Assembly (NCBI RefSeq): GCF_006345805.1
Contig: NC_043004.1
Span: 40,920,001-40,984,000, forward strand
DNA: 64,000 bases
DNA from: Octopus sinensis
Lineage: Eukaryota
Direction of reading: 5' to 3'
A program made the position numbers and the translations under genes. How positions within the stretch are numbered: the stretch's first letter is position 1; every line of letters begins with the position of its first letter. The notes under the pieces were generated by a model, which searched no databases, was not told where the DNA came from, and saw only the letters and a program-made list of their open reading frames with translations. Shown piece by piece: positions 62,111 to 64,000 of the stretch.

Positions 62111-62425
62111 GTGGAGGCACATGGCCTAGTGGTTAGAGCAGTGGACTCGCGGTCGAGGGATTGCGGTTTCAAATCTCAGACCGGTCGATGTGTGTATTTA
62201 TGAGCGAAAACACCTAAGCTCCACACGGCTCTGGCAGAAGGTAATGGCGAACTTCTGCTGACTCTTTCACCACAACTTTCTCTCACTCTTTCCTCCTGCA
62301 TCTTGCAGCTCACTTGCGATGGACTGGCGTCCCGTCCAGGTGGGGAACCTATACGCCACAGAAACCGGGAAACCGGCTCCTATGAGCCAGGCATGGCTCG
62401 AGGAGGAACAAACAAACAAAACAAA
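62111..62425 (+). mobile_element. Full-length V-like OR SINE nested in a minus-strand CORE-like SINE (61830-62455)
   Basis: TSD CCTACCAAAT / CCTACAAAAT. Confidence 0.9.
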
Positions 62426-62770
62426 CCTACAAAATCCACTCACAAGGCTTGTTGATGTTTTTGTTGTTGTTGCTATTGTTGACTATGATGATAATGAGAA
62501 TACTCAGCCCTGGTTGAGTAGAACTGTGATAAAAGATGTTCTAGCCACGACCATTCCATCTAAATTTATCCCAATGTATCAAAGATTACATTGCTGAAAG
62601 TATTCCATTTTTTCCCCTTCTTCCTTTCTAGATCAGCTTTGATCAAACAGACCTACAATCAAAGATACTGCAGCCTAAGCAATCCCATCTTTTATTTGAA
62701 TGCAACATATCTAGAACTACATTATCCAACGGGTTTTATTTGTTTTTTTGTTTGTTTGTTTTTAAATATA

Positions 62771-63198
62771 GGCGTAGGAGTGGCTGTGTGGTAAGTAGCT
62801 TGCTTACGAACCACATGGTTCCGGGTTCAGTTCCACTGCGTGGCACCTTGGGCAAGTGTCGTCTACTATAGCCTTGGGCCGACCAAAGCCTTATAAGTGG
62901 ATTTGGTAAACGGAAACTGAAAGAAGCCCGTCGTATATACGTATATATATATGGATGTGTGTGTGTGTGTGTATGTGTAGGTGTGTATGTTTGTGTGTCT
63001 GTGTTTGTCCCCCCAACATCGCTTGACAACCGATGCTGGTGTGTTTATGTCCCCATAACTTAGCGGTTCGGCAAAAGAGACCGGTAGAATAAGTACTAGG
63101 TTTACAAAGAATAAGTCCTGGGGTTGATTTGCTCGACTAAAGGTGGTGCTCCAGCATGGCCACAGTCAAATGACTGAAACAAGTGAGAGTAAAAGAGT
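62771..63198 (+). mobile_element. Young full-length CORE-like SINE
   Basis: GGCGTAGGAGTGGCTGTGTGG head through the GAGTAAAAGAGT tail. Confidence 0.9.
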
Positions 63199-63829
63199 AA
63201 CTGTAGGGTGTAATTTGAAAGAGATTTGGCTGCTATTTCTAGCAGGACAATATTACACTGTAGAAGCTCTCATCGTTAGGTGGTAGATAGGAGGACATGT
63301 TGGCCCACTTGGGGATATGTTCTGTTAGTAATTGCGATAAGTGCAGTGTTGCTGTCATCCCCATTATCATATCACAGCAGAGGTAACTGGTGTGAACCTA
63401 ACAGCCTGTACTAAAAAAAAAATAATCAAGTTTTTTCCTTTTGTTCATGTGTGTGTTTTTTACTATAAATTGGTTGAAATACTCTCTTCTGTTTCACTCC
63501 TCCTCTCTTGCTAACATACATGCATGCATACATTGATACATATTCACTTAAACATGTACATATATCAAAATGTGAGCATAAATACACAAACACACACACA
63601 CACACATACACACACACACAGCTACACGAATGCATGCCAGCATACAAAAGCATTCATAGGGAGTAAAAACAAATCCGAAGGCACATGCAATCATGGTTAC
63701 CTACATGTACACAGACACACACACAAACACACACGCACAATTTCTAAATACCACTCACAATAACAAGATTATAGCTCCCTAGAGAATATCTTAAAAAAAC
63801 AAAGCCTGACAGCCATAAGAAGTTTAATC

Positions 63830-63888
<59 letters not shown>

Positions 63889-64000
63889 AATATACACACA
63901 CACACATATATATAGATATAAATATGTATGTATACACACACACACTTGTGTGTGTGTGTGTGTGTATGCAGATATGGACCTATGCTACATATAAACACAC

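Overview
AT-rich, repeat-dense animal genomic DNA. The SINE repertoire (tRNA-headed SINEs with CORE-like, V-like and Meta-like bodies), the (CA)/(TA)/(GATA) microsatellite load and the RTE LINE tails point to an octopus genome; this is an inference and was not checked against a database. I found no intact recognisable protein-coding gene, tRNA, rRNA or CRISPR array. Most ORFs in the track are microsatellite or SINE read-throughs. The real coding remnants are transposon relics: RTE LINE, CRE-clade non-LTR, Tc1, mariner and a maT/DD37D-like element. The most notable signal is a set of minimal type-I hammerhead ribozyme motifs of the Penelope/retrozyme kind. One family has a compensatory G3:C8 core (GUGAACA) and a palindromic stem III (33632-33682 +, 41344-41394 -), and one copy sits in a 119-bp inverted repeat. 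A second family lies at 56470-56514, and there are two decayed relics. Other highlights: a GGATC-ended MITE family with 8-bp TSDs and an NA-NNNN-TN (often CA..TG) target preference, a 33-bp inverted templated insertion at a SINE 5' junction, a 131-bp higher-order repeat inside an RTE 3' tail, and alternating CpG-retaining and CpG-depleted domains that may outline unseen host genes.
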